Source of the DNA: Candidatus Moranbacteria bacterium UBA2206
Lineage (GTDB): Bacteria; Patescibacteriota; Minisyncoccia; Moranbacterales; UBA2206
Reading direction: 5' to 3'
DNA length: 61,255 nt
NCBI GenBank assembly: GCA_002328565.1
Contig: DCUU01000020.1
Coordinates: 1 to 61,255 of the forward strand
Shown here: positions 16,117 through 24,710 of the stretch, in pieces
Layout: the number at the start of each line of letters is the position of its first letter
Position numbering within the stretch: the first letter of the stretch is position 1
Notes under the pieces: generated by a model
Told to the model about the DNA's origin: nothing
Databases searched by the model: none
The model's input: only the letters and a program-made list of their open reading frames with translations
Position numbers and translations under genes: made by a program

Positions 16117-17469
16117 ATGGTAAAAAAGCTTATTCCACAATCTATCAAAAACATCTACCATCTTTTCCAAGCTATCTTGGCGAATTTTATGTATGGTTTT
16201 CCTGCCTCATCGGCAGGCAGGCCTTCTAAAAATATAAAAATTATTGGCGTCACTGGAACGAATGGAAAAACTACGACTGTGCAGATGATCACAAAAATTT
16301 TGGAAGAGTCAGGCGCGAGTGTGGCGATGGCGTCGACGATTAATTTCAAATTGGGCGAAAAAGAATGGGTGAATGCCACCAAATTCACAACTCTTTCTAG
16401 TTTTCAAGTACAAAAATTTATTGCGCAGGCAGTGAAAGCTAGTTGCGAATATTTAGTTTTAGAAACTTCCTCACATTCACTGGATCAATTTCGCACTTGG
16501 GGAATAGTTTATGATACAGCAGTGATCACCAACGTCACGCGAGAACATTTAGACTATCACAAAACCATTGAAGAATATCGCCAAGCTAAATTAAAACTTT
16601 TCAAAGGTGCCAAAAATGCAGTAGTGAATTTGGATATGGAAAATCCGGAGGAATTCTTGAAGTATAATAACAAAAATATATTTTTATATTCTTGTCATCC
16701 TGAACTTGTTTCAGGATCTAGATTCCAGATCCTATGCCTACCGGCAGTCAGGAAGTCCGGAATGACATTAATTAAAGCAGAAGATATTAAGTTAGAAATT
16801 AATTTTTCTAACTATAAGCTAGGAGCTATAAGCTATAAGCTGAATATGCCTGGGTTATTTAATATCGAAAATGCGTTGGCGGCGAGTTGTGTTGGATTTG
16901 CGTATGGGATTTCGGATGATATTATAAAAAACGCTTTGGAAAAAATTCAGGGTGTGCTAGGGAGAATGGAAAAAGTGCCAAATAATCGAGGCCTTGAAAT
17001 TATCATTGATTATGCGGTGACGCCGGATAGTTTGGAAAAAGTGTATGAGCTTATTTCAGAATCGTGGACATCGAATGTCCATGATGGACATTCGATGTCC
17101 AAAGGGAGAATTATTTCCGTCTTTGGTTCCTGTGGAGAGCGTGATCGTGGCAAACGTCCGATGATGGGGGAAATTGTTTCGCGTTTTGCGGATTATATAA
17201 TCGTCACTAATGAAGATCCATATAATGAAGATCCGATGCAAATAATAAATGAAGTCGCCAGTGGAATAAAAAATAAAATCGAAAATGAAAACTTTTGGAT
17301 AATCATGGATCGCCGAGAGGCAATCAAAAAGGCCTTGCAACTTGCAAAGCCCGGAGATATTTTTGTCATCACCGGAAAAGGCGCGGAAGAAGTGATGGCG
17401 ATTGGCGCGCAAAGAATTCCTTGGAACGAAAAGAAGGTTATTTTGGAAGAGTTGGAAAAGATTACTTAA
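16117..17469 (+). CDS. murE: UDP-N-acetylmuramoyl-tripeptide synthetase (MurE-type Mur ligase) with four in-frame repeat insertions
   Basis: IIGVTGTNGKTTT P-loop, VLETSSH, NVTREHLDYH and the C-terminal Mur ligase domain (FGSCGERDRGKRPMMG). The ATG at 16117 (MVKKLIP) is preferred over the track start at 16069. Confidence 0.88.
   Translation: MVKKLIPQSIKNIYHLFQAILANFMYGFPASSAGRPSKNIKIIGVTGTNGKTTTVQMITKILEESGASVAMASTINFKLGEKEWVNATKFTTLSSFQVQKFIAQAVKASCEYLVLETSSHSLDQFRTWGIVYDTAVITNVTREHLDYHKTIEEYRQAKLKLFKGAKNAVVNLDMENPEEFLKYNNKNIFLYSCHPELVSGSRFQILCLPAVRKSGMTLIKAEDIKLEINFSNYKLGAISYKLNMPGLFNIENALAASCVGFAYGISDDIIKNALEKIQGVLGRMEKVPNNRGLEIIIDYAVTPDSLEKVYELISESWTSNVHDGHSMSKGRIISVFGSCGERDRGKRPMMGEIVSRFADYIIVTNEDPYNEDPMQIINEVASGIKNKIENENFWIIMDRREAIKKALQLAKPGDIFVITGKGAEEVMAIGAQRIPWNEKKVILEELEKIT
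16201..16221. repeat. CCTGCC-TCATC-GGCAGG hairpin inside murE (codes PASSAG)
   Basis: cctgcctcatcggcaggcagg. Confidence 0.75.
16693..16767. repeat. MITE-like element copy D, in frame in murE (codes CHPELVSGSRFQILCLPAVRKSGMT)
   Basis: tgtcatcctgaacttgtttcaggatctagattccagatcc...ccggaatgaca. Confidence 0.85.
16813..16842. repeat. AAGCT-word repeat inside murE (codes YKLGAISYKL)
   Basis: tataagctaggagctataagctataagctg. Confidence 0.8.
17066..17100. repeat. 35-nt perfect palindrome inside murE (codes WTSNVHDGHSMS)
   Basis: ggacatcgaatgtcc atgat ggacattcgatgtcc. The two 15-mers are exact reverse complements, and each is itself hairpin-capable. Confidence 0.85.
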
Positions 17470-18517
17470 TTTCTTCTATTTTTTGACGCAATGATTGTCC
17501 TGCTTTTTTTCCAATTTTCTTCAATTCAGAAATATACTCGAGGGCTTTCTTCCTTTTCTCTGGATCTTTTGGTGTAACGCCGACAATATCTTCATCAATC
17601 TTATTTTGATGAAAAGATTTTCGAAGAGATGTCAGATCGCTCGATGATCCAAAGTTTTTATTTGTTATAATACCTCCTTTTAATAAATAATCACCGTACC
17701 CCTCATCTTTTTTTTCAGGAATCTCATCTTGTTTTGACTGTCGTGATGTCCAGATTGAAGGATCTATTCCTTCTTTCTTTAATGCATTAAAAATAAATTC
17801 TGCTGTTATCCCGCAAGTACACAATAAGCTAGTAGTATGAGCGGAGGCTAATTCGTCATAAGAAACACCCATTTTTCTTGCTCTTTCATTGTTAATATCA
17901 TCTGTTTGTAACCCAGTGCCCTCAATTAAGGGATAGTTTATTCTCTTACCATCTTCAGAATATTTTCCAATAGCGCCAATGCCATGAGCACGACTTCCTT
18001 CGTCAAACACAATGATGCGTGGATTTATCTCTGTTATTGTATTTGAAATATATTCAGAAATAAATTTATTGGCTTCTTCTTCGTTGATTTTTTCTTTTTT
18101 ATTTCTTCTGTTAGCTGGTTCATATCCATGTCCTATTATTGTTTTTTCCCCAGTCACAAGAGAAGCTCTGGGATTAATTCTGAGAAACTTCGGCAGATTT
18201 TCTTTTGGATAGGCCTGTTGCCATGCCTCTTTCAATACATAGCCAGCAGGAGTTGCACTAGTATCAGTCAAAAAAATATAATCAGGTTTTATATCATCGT
18301 GCCAAGACTCTACTAGTTTTACTGCCCATTCTTCTATTTTTTTAGCTTCATAATCAGAAAATATTTTTTCAGCTCCAGCTTCATAATCTTCTTTTGTTGG
18401 TTCACTATCTTTTTCTTCCTCTGGGGCTCTCTTATTTTTTATTTCTATCGCTTTTTTTCTAATAGCATCAGCTTCATATTCTGCTGAAGATTTAGATTTA
18501 AATGAATAATTTTCCAT
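17462..18517 (-). CDS. Hypothetical protein (351 aa)
   Basis: Long ORF whose 3' end overlaps the murE 3' end convergently by 8 nt. I recognise no family. Confidence 0.55.
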   Translation of the reverse strand: MENYSFKSKSSAEYEADAIRKKAIEIKNKRAPEEEKDSEPTKEDYEAGAEKIFSDYEAKKIEEWAVKLVESWHDDIKPDYIFLTDTSATPAGYVLKEAWQQAYPKENLPKFLRINPRASLVTGEKTIIGHGYEPANRRNKKEKINEEEANKFISEYISNTITEINPRIIVFDEGSRAHGIGAIGKYSEDGKRINYPLIEGTGLQTDDINNERARKMGVSYDELASAHTTSLLCTCGITAEFIFNALKKEGIDPSIWTSRQSKQDEIPEKKDEGYGDYLLKGGIITNKNFGSSSDLTSLRKSFHQNKIDEDIVGVTPKDPEKRKKALEYISELKKIGKKAGQSLRQKIEEIK

Positions 18518-18561
18518 AGGTTTAAATAGTTTAGTCAGATTCTTTTTTTTAAAAATAAACC

Positions 18562-19002
18562 TTATCCAAGAAGTCTTACAAGAATTAACGTAAAGATTAC
18601 GCCGAGAATTCCACCGACAATCACTTCGGAGATTCGGTGGCCCATTCTTTCGTGCAGTCGAGGAAATTGATCTTCGTTTATATTTAACTGTCTAATGAGC
18701 ATATTGAGATAGCGTCCTTGATCGCCCATATACATGCGAAGTCGAGCGGCGTCATCAATCACGATAATAGCGAGAGCCACGGCGACTGTGAAAGCACCAG
18801 AATTTATGCCATCATAATAACCCACGGAAGTGACTAGTGACATAATAAAACCGGTGTGGGCACTCGGCATATGGCCGTGCGTCATGGCATATTGAATGTT
18901 CCAACCATGCTTCATAGAATAAACTATGAATTTTATTATCTGCACTACGCCTCCAACAAACATTGGAATTAGAAAGATGTAGTAGGGTTTTAGGATGTCC
19001 AT
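18562..19002 (-). CDS. Divergent PAP2-family membrane protein (DUF212/YuiD-like)
   Basis: GGVVQIIKFIVYSMKHGW...GHMPSAHTGFIMSLVTSVG...GHRISEVIVGGILG, with four or more TM segments. Confidence 0.7.
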   Translation of the reverse strand: MDILKPYYIFLIPMFVGGVVQIIKFIVYSMKHGWNIQYAMTHGHMPSAHTGFIMSLVTSVGYYDGINSGAFTVAVALAIIVIDDAARLRMYMGDQGRYLNMLIRQLNINEDQFPRLHERMGHRISEVIVGGILGVIFTLILVRLLG

Positions 19003-19109
19003 AAAAATAAATTAATTGTTAACTTGTATAAATTATAGCATAATTTTAGGGTTTTACATAGGAATCAAAAAATGATAGAATTTAGATATAATTAACTAAG
19101 AATAAAAAT

Positions 19110-19661
19110 ATGGGAGTAGGAATAATTTTATTGGGCATTGTCGTTGTTGTCGCAATTGCGATAATTGCGATGTATAACGGGCTAATTACCCTCAAAAACA
19201 GAGTGGATGAAGCTTGGAGTGATATCTCGGTGCAACTCAAAAGACGCTATGATTTGATCCCAAACTTGATTAGCACAGTCAAGGGTTATGCGGCGCATGA
19301 AAAAGAAGTTTTCGAAAAGGTGACACAGGCGAGAACGCAGGCAATGAACGCTGGAACAACAGCGGAAAAAGCCGAGGCGGAAAATATGCTCAGTGGAACT
19401 TTGAAATCTTTGTTTGCCGTTAGTGAAAATTATCCTGAACTCAAAGCCAATCAAAACTTTTTGGAACTTCAAAGAGAGCTTACTGATACTGAAGACAAGA
19501 TTATGGCTTCCAGAAGATTCTACAATGGCAATGTTCGCGACTTCAACACAAAATTACAAGTTTTTCCAACTAATATGATTGCCGGAATGCTAAAATTTAG
19601 CGCTCGTGAATTTTTTGAGATGGATGAAAAAGAGAAGGAAAATGTGAAAGTGGAATTCTAA
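19110..19661 (+). CDS. lemA: LemA-family protein
   Basis: N-terminal TM, then YNGLITLKNRVDEAWSDISVQLKRRYDLIPNL...ENYPELKANQNFLELQRELTDTEDKI...RRFYN. Confidence 0.92.
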   Translation: MGVGIILLGIVVVVAIAIIAMYNGLITLKNRVDEAWSDISVQLKRRYDLIPNLISTVKGYAAHEKEVFEKVTQARTQAMNAGTTAEKAEAENMLSGTLKSLFAVSENYPELKANQNFLELQRELTDTEDKIMASRRFYNGNVRDFNTKLQVFPTNMIAGMLKFSAREFFEMDEKEKENVKVEF

Positions 19662-19733
19662 TCATCATATAACATGCAACATGTAGCATATAACAAAAAT
19701 GTTTAATGTTTAATGTTTCATGCTTCATGCTTC
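19662..19733. repeat. CATG-word inverted repeats in the lemA/htpX spacer
   Basis: ataacatgcaacatgtagcatataac ... atgtttaatgtttaatgtttcatgcttcatgcttcatg. A related word set occurs at 25909-25940. Confidence 0.7.
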
Positions 19734-20627
19734 ATGACTTTATATAATCAAGCGGACAAAAATACTCGTCTTACCTGGCTTTATATCACCGGTTTTTTGG
19801 TGTTTGTAATTGGAGTAGGTTATGTTTTCGCTGGTGCGATGGGCAACAGTACGATACTGTACATCGCAGTTATTTTTTCTGTCGTGATGAGTTTTGCCTC
19901 TTATTGGTGGAGCGACAAAATTGTCCTGACAATGAGTGGAGCAAAAGAGGTAAAGCATAGTGAAAATCCGGAGATTTATCATCTCGTGGAAAATCTTTGC
20001 ATCACGGCGGGACTACCAGTGCCAAAGATATATATAATAGAGGATTCAGCAATGAATGCTTTTGCTACGGGGCGTGATCCAAAGCATGGTGTAATTTGTC
20101 TCACCACAGGAATAATTTCCCGCCTAGAAAAAACGGAACTCGAAGGCGTGATTGCACACGAATTGTCGCACATTGGCAATCGCGATATCTTGCTTTCCAC
20201 GGTGGTTGTAATTTTAGTTGGTTTTGTGACGCTTCTAGCTGATTGGTTTCGTCACTGGGCTTTTTTTGGAGGAAGATCGAGGGATAATGATAGTGGTGGC
20301 GGACAACTTAAAATGGTTCTCGTAATTCTAGCAATCATTCTTTCAATCTTAGCTCCAATCGCATCGGTTCTGATGCAATTGGCAATTTCTCGCAAGCGCG
20401 AATTATTGGCTGATGCTGATGGCGCGCTTCTCACCCGTTATCCGGAAGGCTTGGCAAAAGCTTTGGAAAAAATTTCTCAAGATACCGAACCGCTCGAAGC
20501 CGCTAACCGCGCCACCGCCCATCTTTTCATCGCTAATCCCTTCAAGGGGAAAAAAATGATGAAGATGTTTATGACCCACCCACCAATTGAAGAACGTATA
20601 AAAGCTTTGCGAGGGATGAGTATGTAG
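19734..20627 (+). CDS. htpX: M48-family zinc metalloprotease HtpX
   Basis: HELSHIGNRD zinc motif and TM segments. It is paired with lemA, as is common. The ATG at 19734 is preferred because 19713-19733 lies in the word repeat. Confidence 0.9.
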   Translation: MTLYNQADKNTRLTWLYITGFLVFVIGVGYVFAGAMGNSTILYIAVIFSVVMSFASYWWSDKIVLTMSGAKEVKHSENPEIYHLVENLCITAGLPVPKIYIIEDSAMNAFATGRDPKHGVICLTTGIISRLEKTELEGVIAHELSHIGNRDILLSTVVVILVGFVTLLADWFRHWAFFGGRSRDNDSGGGQLKMVLVILAIILSILAPIASVLMQLAISRKRELLADADGALLTRYPEGLAKALEKISQDTEPLEAANRATAHLFIANPFKGKKMMKMFMTHPPIEERIKALRGMSM

Positions 20628-20648
20628 TAGACTTTAGATAAAAAAATA

Positions 20649-20676
20649 AGGACGAGATAATTCTCGTCCTTTTGTG
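20649..20676. terminator. Bidirectional intrinsic terminator
   Basis: aggacgag ataatt ctcgtcct followed by ttt. Confidence 0.75.
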
Positions 20677-20701
20677 TAAGTTAATGTTGTAGTTTTATTA
20701 A

Positions 20702-21043
20702 TTAGTCCCGTAGTGGATGGTCGTCACCAATAATTTCGGATATTTTTTTAAAAAAATTATCACGAACAGACACATATTGATAAAAGCCATCCTTAAAAAT
20801 ATTACTGTGATAGCCATCGACTAGTGTCAAAGTTATTGCTAAGGCTATATCTTTAGACTCATCACACACCATAGATAAGGAGATTTTTTCAATAATACAA
20901 AAATAATAGCGATCTCCTCCGCCACCTCTACATAAATCATTAGGGATTTTATTTTCCTCACTTTTTAAGAATTCATTCAATCTGTCCAAAGTGTTAATTT
21001 TAATGTAAGGAAAGAAAATTTTTAACATAGCTGATGTTGTCAT
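20702..21043 (-). CDS. Hypothetical protein (113 aa)
   Basis: ORF with RBS-like aaggagaa upstream on the minus strand. No family recognised. Confidence 0.45.
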   Translation of the reverse strand: MTTSAMLKIFFPYIKINTLDRLNEFLKSEENKIPNDLCRGGGGDRYYFCIIEKISLSMVCDESKDIALAITLTLVDGYHSNIFKDGFYQYVSVRDNFFKKISEIIGDDHPLRD

Positions 21044-21151
21044 GACCAGTTCTCCTTAGTGGGTTGTTAAAGTAAGTTATTTAGCGTTGTAAATAATAGG
21101 GGATAGTAGCAAGGCTATTTTAATTTGTCAACAAAAAACCGATGACAAAAC

Positions 21152-21180
21152 TTGACAGCAGTCAAAAGTTGCGCTATAAT
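21152..21180 (+). promoter_or_regulatory. Sigma70-type promoter for TrmB paralog 3; the -35 box sits in a TTGAC-N4-GTCAA palindrome
   Basis: TTGACA (21152-21157), 17 nt, TATAAT (21175-21180). Palindrome cttgacagcagtcaa. Confidence 0.6.
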
Positions 21181-21238
21181 AAGGCTGTAATAAGAAGAAA
21201 AATAACGACTCGTCATTTTTGAACTGACATCAAAAAAA

Positions 21239-21973
21239 ATGGAAAAGGAGCTAAAGCAACTTGGCCTGACTAATAATGAGATAAAAGTCTATAAAACCCT
21301 CTTGGAAGTTGGGGAAGTTACAGTTGGACCGATAATTGAAAGACTAAAAATACATCGTCAGGTCATTTATGACGCCTTAAATGGCCTTATAGAAAAAAAT
21401 ATGGTAATTGGTGTGGTAAAAGGGCGACGTAATCATTATAAAATTTCTAATCCGGATAATATTTTTGACAATATAAAAACCAAAGAGCAAATTGCTAAAA
21501 ATCTCATAAAGGAAATTAACCAAAAACTTGGAGGACAGACAAGTAGACAGGAGATAAAAATTTATGAGGGAGCGCAGGCTTATCGCGAACTTGTTTTGCG
21601 AAATGATGAAAAAATGCCAGCCAATAGTGAAATATATATCTTAGCTTGTTTGGCAGAGGAGCATACTAAGATGTTGGAAGTTGGCGGAGTTCTCGAGAGG
21701 AGTAATAAATTGCGACAAGGTAAAAATATAAAATCTAAATTGTTATTTAGTGAAACATATAGAAAAGAAGCTAAAAATTTAAAAAGAATAAATAGGGAGT
21801 GTAGGTTTTTAAAGCAAGAACATACAACTCCAATTTCAATTCAAATTTGGCATAATTGCGTCACATTAATTTCTTTCGGTAAAGAAATATTTGCTATTCA
21901 AATGGATAGTCAAGATATTCATGATGCTTATCTAGGCTATTTTAAATTGCTTTGGAAAATCGCAAAAAAATAG
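21239..21973 (+). CDS. TrmB-family transcriptional regulator (paralog 3 of 4)
   Basis: LGLTNNEIKVYKTLLEVGEVTVGPIIERLKIHRQVIYDALNGLIEKNMV. C-terminus ...LLWKIAKK. Confidence 0.8.
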   Translation: MEKELKQLGLTNNEIKVYKTLLEVGEVTVGPIIERLKIHRQVIYDALNGLIEKNMVIGVVKGRRNHYKISNPDNIFDNIKTKEQIAKNLIKEINQKLGGQTSRQEIKIYEGAQAYRELVLRNDEKMPANSEIYILACLAEEHTKMLEVGGVLERSNKLRQGKNIKSKLLFSETYRKEAKNLKRINRECRFLKQEHTTPISIQIWHNCVTLISFGKEIFAIQMDSQDIHDAYLGYFKLLWKIAKK

Positions 21974-22066
21974 AAAATATATTGCCAGTTGTGGAATTTA
22001 TAAATCATGCTAAAATAGAAATGAGGGGAAAATAGTTTAAACATATAATAAATTAATAAAAAAAAT

Positions 22067-22462
22067 ATGGAAGAGCAAAAACAAGAAGAGCAACAAGCGC
22101 AACCAGCGCCACAAGAAGCACCAAAGGAGGCACCAAAAGCTAATTCAGCTGATGTGGAAAAAAACAAGCTGATGGCCATTATTGGGTATATCATTCCAAT
22201 TCTTTTCTTTATTCCTCTTTTGAATGAAGAAAGCAAGAAAAGTCCGTTTGCTAAATTTCACGCTAATCAGCAATTAGTGCTTTTAATCTCAGCTATCGCA
22301 GTTAATATTGTTGGAACACTGATTCCTATTCTTGGTTGGTTTATAATCTTGCCTATCGGAAGCATTATACTATTAGTTGTTGCAATTATCGGTATAATCA
22401 ATGCAGCTAAGGGAGAAATGAAAAAACTACCGATTATTGGAGGATTTGAAATTCTAAAATAG
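22067..22462 (+). CDS. DUF4870-family membrane protein
   Basis: EKNKLMAIIGYIIPILFFIPLL...FAKFHANQQLVLL and the TM pattern are typical of DUF4870. Confidence 0.7.
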   Translation: MEEQKQEEQQAQPAPQEAPKEAPKANSADVEKNKLMAIIGYIIPILFFIPLLNEESKKSPFAKFHANQQLVLLISAIAVNIVGTLIPILGWFIILPIGSIILLVVAIIGIINAAKGEMKKLPIIGGFEILK

Positions 22463-22477
22463 TCAGTATTATCTTTA

Positions 22478-22508
22478 AAACAGGCAAATTTAGGTTTGTC
22501 TGTTTTTG
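22478..22508 (+). terminator. Intrinsic terminator
   Basis: acaggcaaa tttagg tttgtctgt followed by tttt. Confidence 0.7.
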
Positions 22509-22550
22509 TTTGAGTTTTAATGATATAATTAGAACATAAAAAATTATTAA

Positions 22551-22637
22551 CTATTTACGAAATTACGAATCAAGCTAAATTACTAATCCTTGCTTGTTTT
22601 AATTCGTACTTTCGTTTAATTCGTACTTTCGTAAAAT
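22551..22637. repeat. TACGAAT/ACTAAT word repeats upstream of pyk
   Basis: tacgaaattacgaatcaagctaaattactaatcc...aattcgtactttcgtttaattcgtactttcgtaaa. The same words occur at 6541-6600, 14830-14864 and 24073-24118. Confidence 0.75.
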
Positions 22638-22638
22638 T

Positions 22639-24072
22639 ATGAAGAGAACTAAAATTGTAGCAACTATTGGACCCTCGACTGGGACTAAGGAAAAATTGAA
22701 AAAATTAATCAAGACAGGAATGAATGTGGCGAGGATAAATTTTTCTCATGGCGATCATAATTCTAATGGCAAGTTGATAAATTATATCAAAGAGCTTCGT
22801 GAGGAGTTGGAATTGCCGATTGGAATTATCGCCGATCTTCAGGGACCAAGAATTAGAACCGTTGTTGAAGAAGAAATAGAAGTTAAGAAAAAAGAAACAA
22901 TTTTTGTTTCGGATGTTTCGGTGGATGAAAAACTGCTGAAAATAGAAGGAAAATTATTCAAGCTTGATTGGCCGAAAATTATTTCTGATATTAAGGTTGG
23001 AAATTATATCTTAGTCGAAGATGGATTGATAAAGATGAAAGTAGTTTCCAAGGAAAAAAAATACTTGAAAGCGGAAGTAATAAGTGGAGGAGTGCTTAAG
23101 AATCATAAGGGTGTCAATATTCCCGATATTAAATTGGAAAGAGGGGCCTTCACAAAAAAGGATGAGGAAGATTTGAAGTTTGCGTTGTCGCAAGATGTTG
23201 ACTACATTGCACTTTCTTTTGTGAGTAATGCTAAGGAGATAATGAACGTGAAAAAGAAAATAGAAAAGATAGTGAAAAATAAGCTGAAGTTGCCTCAGAT
23301 AATTGCCAAAATTGAAAGAAAAGAAGCAATCAAAAATATTGCAGAAATAATTGAAGCATCAGATGCGGTGATGGTAGCTAGAGGGGATCTTGGAATTGAA
23401 ATGGATGAAAATCGGGTAGTGATTTATCAAAAAGAAATTATTGCTAAGTGCCTTCGGTCAGCCGTGCCAGTTATTGTGGCCACGCAAATGCTCAATTCAA
23501 TGATTGAAAATCCTTTGCCAACTCGCGCGGAAGTTTCGGATGTGTCTAACGCGGTAATTGATCATGCTGATGCGGTGATGCTTTCTGGTGAAACGGCTAA
23601 CGGTAAATATCCCGTGCAAGCCGTTAAGGCTATGAGTGACATAATTAGTAACACCGAAAGATCACCTTTTGATGATTTGGAACATGGATTTTTGGGAGAC
23701 AAAAAGAAATCTACTTCGGCGGCAGTGGCTAATTCAGCTCATGAACTTTTGAAAGATACGCGGGCCAAAGCGATTGTGGTGGCTAGTGTGAGTGGTTTTA
23801 CCGCGCAAATGATTTCTCGTCATCGCCCAGAATGTCCAATTTTTGTGATGACTAACAATGAAAAAACACATAATCAATTGAGTTTGGTTTGGGGCGTGCA
23901 GAGTTTTGTTTTGCCAGATTGTGAAACGATTGATGAACTGATTGATATTTCAATTAAGATTCTAAAAACCAAGAAGAAAGTTAATCTCAAAGATAAACTA
24001 GTCATCGTAATGGGTCGTCCGCACGTCACTAAGGAGCATATGAGTTTGGTGAAAGTGGAGGAGGTGGATTAG
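22639..24072 (+). CDS. pyk: Pyruvate kinase
   Basis: MKRTKIVATIGPS, NVARINFSHG, MVARGDLGIE, and ATQMLNSM leading to SGETANGKYP. Confidence 0.96.
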   Translation: MKRTKIVATIGPSTGTKEKLKKLIKTGMNVARINFSHGDHNSNGKLINYIKELREELELPIGIIADLQGPRIRTVVEEEIEVKKKETIFVSDVSVDEKLLKIEGKLFKLDWPKIISDIKVGNYILVEDGLIKMKVVSKEKKYLKAEVISGGVLKNHKGVNIPDIKLERGAFTKKDEEDLKFALSQDVDYIALSFVSNAKEIMNVKKKIEKIVKNKLKLPQIIAKIERKEAIKNIAEIIEASDAVMVARGDLGIEMDENRVVIYQKEIIAKCLRSAVPVIVATQMLNSMIENPLPTRAEVSDVSNAVIDHADAVMLSGETANGKYPVQAVKAMSDIISNTERSPFDDLEHGFLGDKKKSTSAAVANSAHELLKDTRAKAIVVASVSGFTAQMISRHRPECPIFVMTNNEKTHNQLSLVWGVQSFVLPDCETIDELIDISIKILKTKKKVNLKDKLVIVMGRPHVTKEHMSLVKVEEVD

Positions 24073-24130
24073 ATTCTACGAATTACAAATTTGTACGAAT
24101 TTACTAATATACAAATAAAATTATTTTCGA

Positions 24131-24160
24131 AAGAGCTGGCTTCGCGCCAGTTCTTTTTTT
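24131..24160 (+). terminator. Intrinsic terminator of pyk
   Basis: agagctggc ttcgc gccagttct followed by a T-run. Confidence 0.8.
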
Positions 24161-24437
24161 GTAAAAATTACCTTACTTTTTCTTTCGAGCCAAGAAAATA
24201 TTCTCCACTTACTTTTCTTTGCCTCAAAGAAAAGTAACAAAAGAAAGCGGCCACCCTAATAAAATAAAGAAATAAATTTTCGATTTTATCGCTAAATTTA
24301 CTAACTCCCCTTAGGCACAGAATGAGTAAATTTTTAACGCTCTAAAATCTCAATTTATAGTTCTTTATTTTATGGGGTGGGTTAAGATGTAAAAGGCAGA
24401 TTTTTTAAGATAAAAAGGCATTAAAAATTTTATCGAT

Positions 24438-24551
24438 AAACCCCGCACCATTTTCAAGGGAAACCTTCGAATCCTATATATTTTTAAGCGAAGCGGCTTC
24501 GCCTTTAATCTGAAAATTAAGATAATTTTTTTCAAAAAATGGTGTGGGGTA
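24438..24551 (+). ncRNA. Candidate structured RNA or large palindromic element in a 550-nt non-coding gap
   Basis: aaccccgcaccatttt (24439-24454) pairs with aaaatggtgtggggt (24536-24550). The one non-Watson-Crick position is G-U on the plus strand only. An inner hairpin gcgaag/cttcgc is present. Confidence 0.3.
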
Positions 24552-24710
24552 AAAGTGGAATAGCTAAAAAATTCTTTATTTAAGCCAAAAAAAGACATAG
24601 GTGTTTGACTTTTAGCCTTGGCAATGCTTTAATGCTTTAATTATCAGAAAACGGTCTGGTAATTGAAAGTTATTTAAAAACAATTTTTAAAGAAGAAAGG
24701 GAGGTGTGCG

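Noticed and set aside
3932-16842. The possibility that the AAGCT-word runs or other short repeats form a CRISPR array.
   Set aside because: The repeat units are only 6-12 nt, there are no regularly spaced unique spacers, the copies are dispersed and partly inside genes, and no cas genes are present.
17462-17469. 8-nt convergent overlap of the murE stop and the stop of the 17462-18517 gene, considered as a special regulatory feature.
   Set aside because: Short convergent overlaps are common in compact genomes. Nothing else in the sequence suggests function.
21937-22236. 99-aa minus-strand ORF spanning the TrmB3/DUF4870 spacer.
   Set aside because: It overlaps the start of the DUF4870 gene on the opposite strand, where the plus frame shows the family motif, and it has a Cys/Ala/Ser low-complexity composition.
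24365-24598. 77-aa minus-strand ORF in the long pyk-downstream gap.
   Set aside because: It is very basic and low-complexity, has no RBS, and spans the palindromic segments. Non-coding structured DNA or RNA explains the region better.
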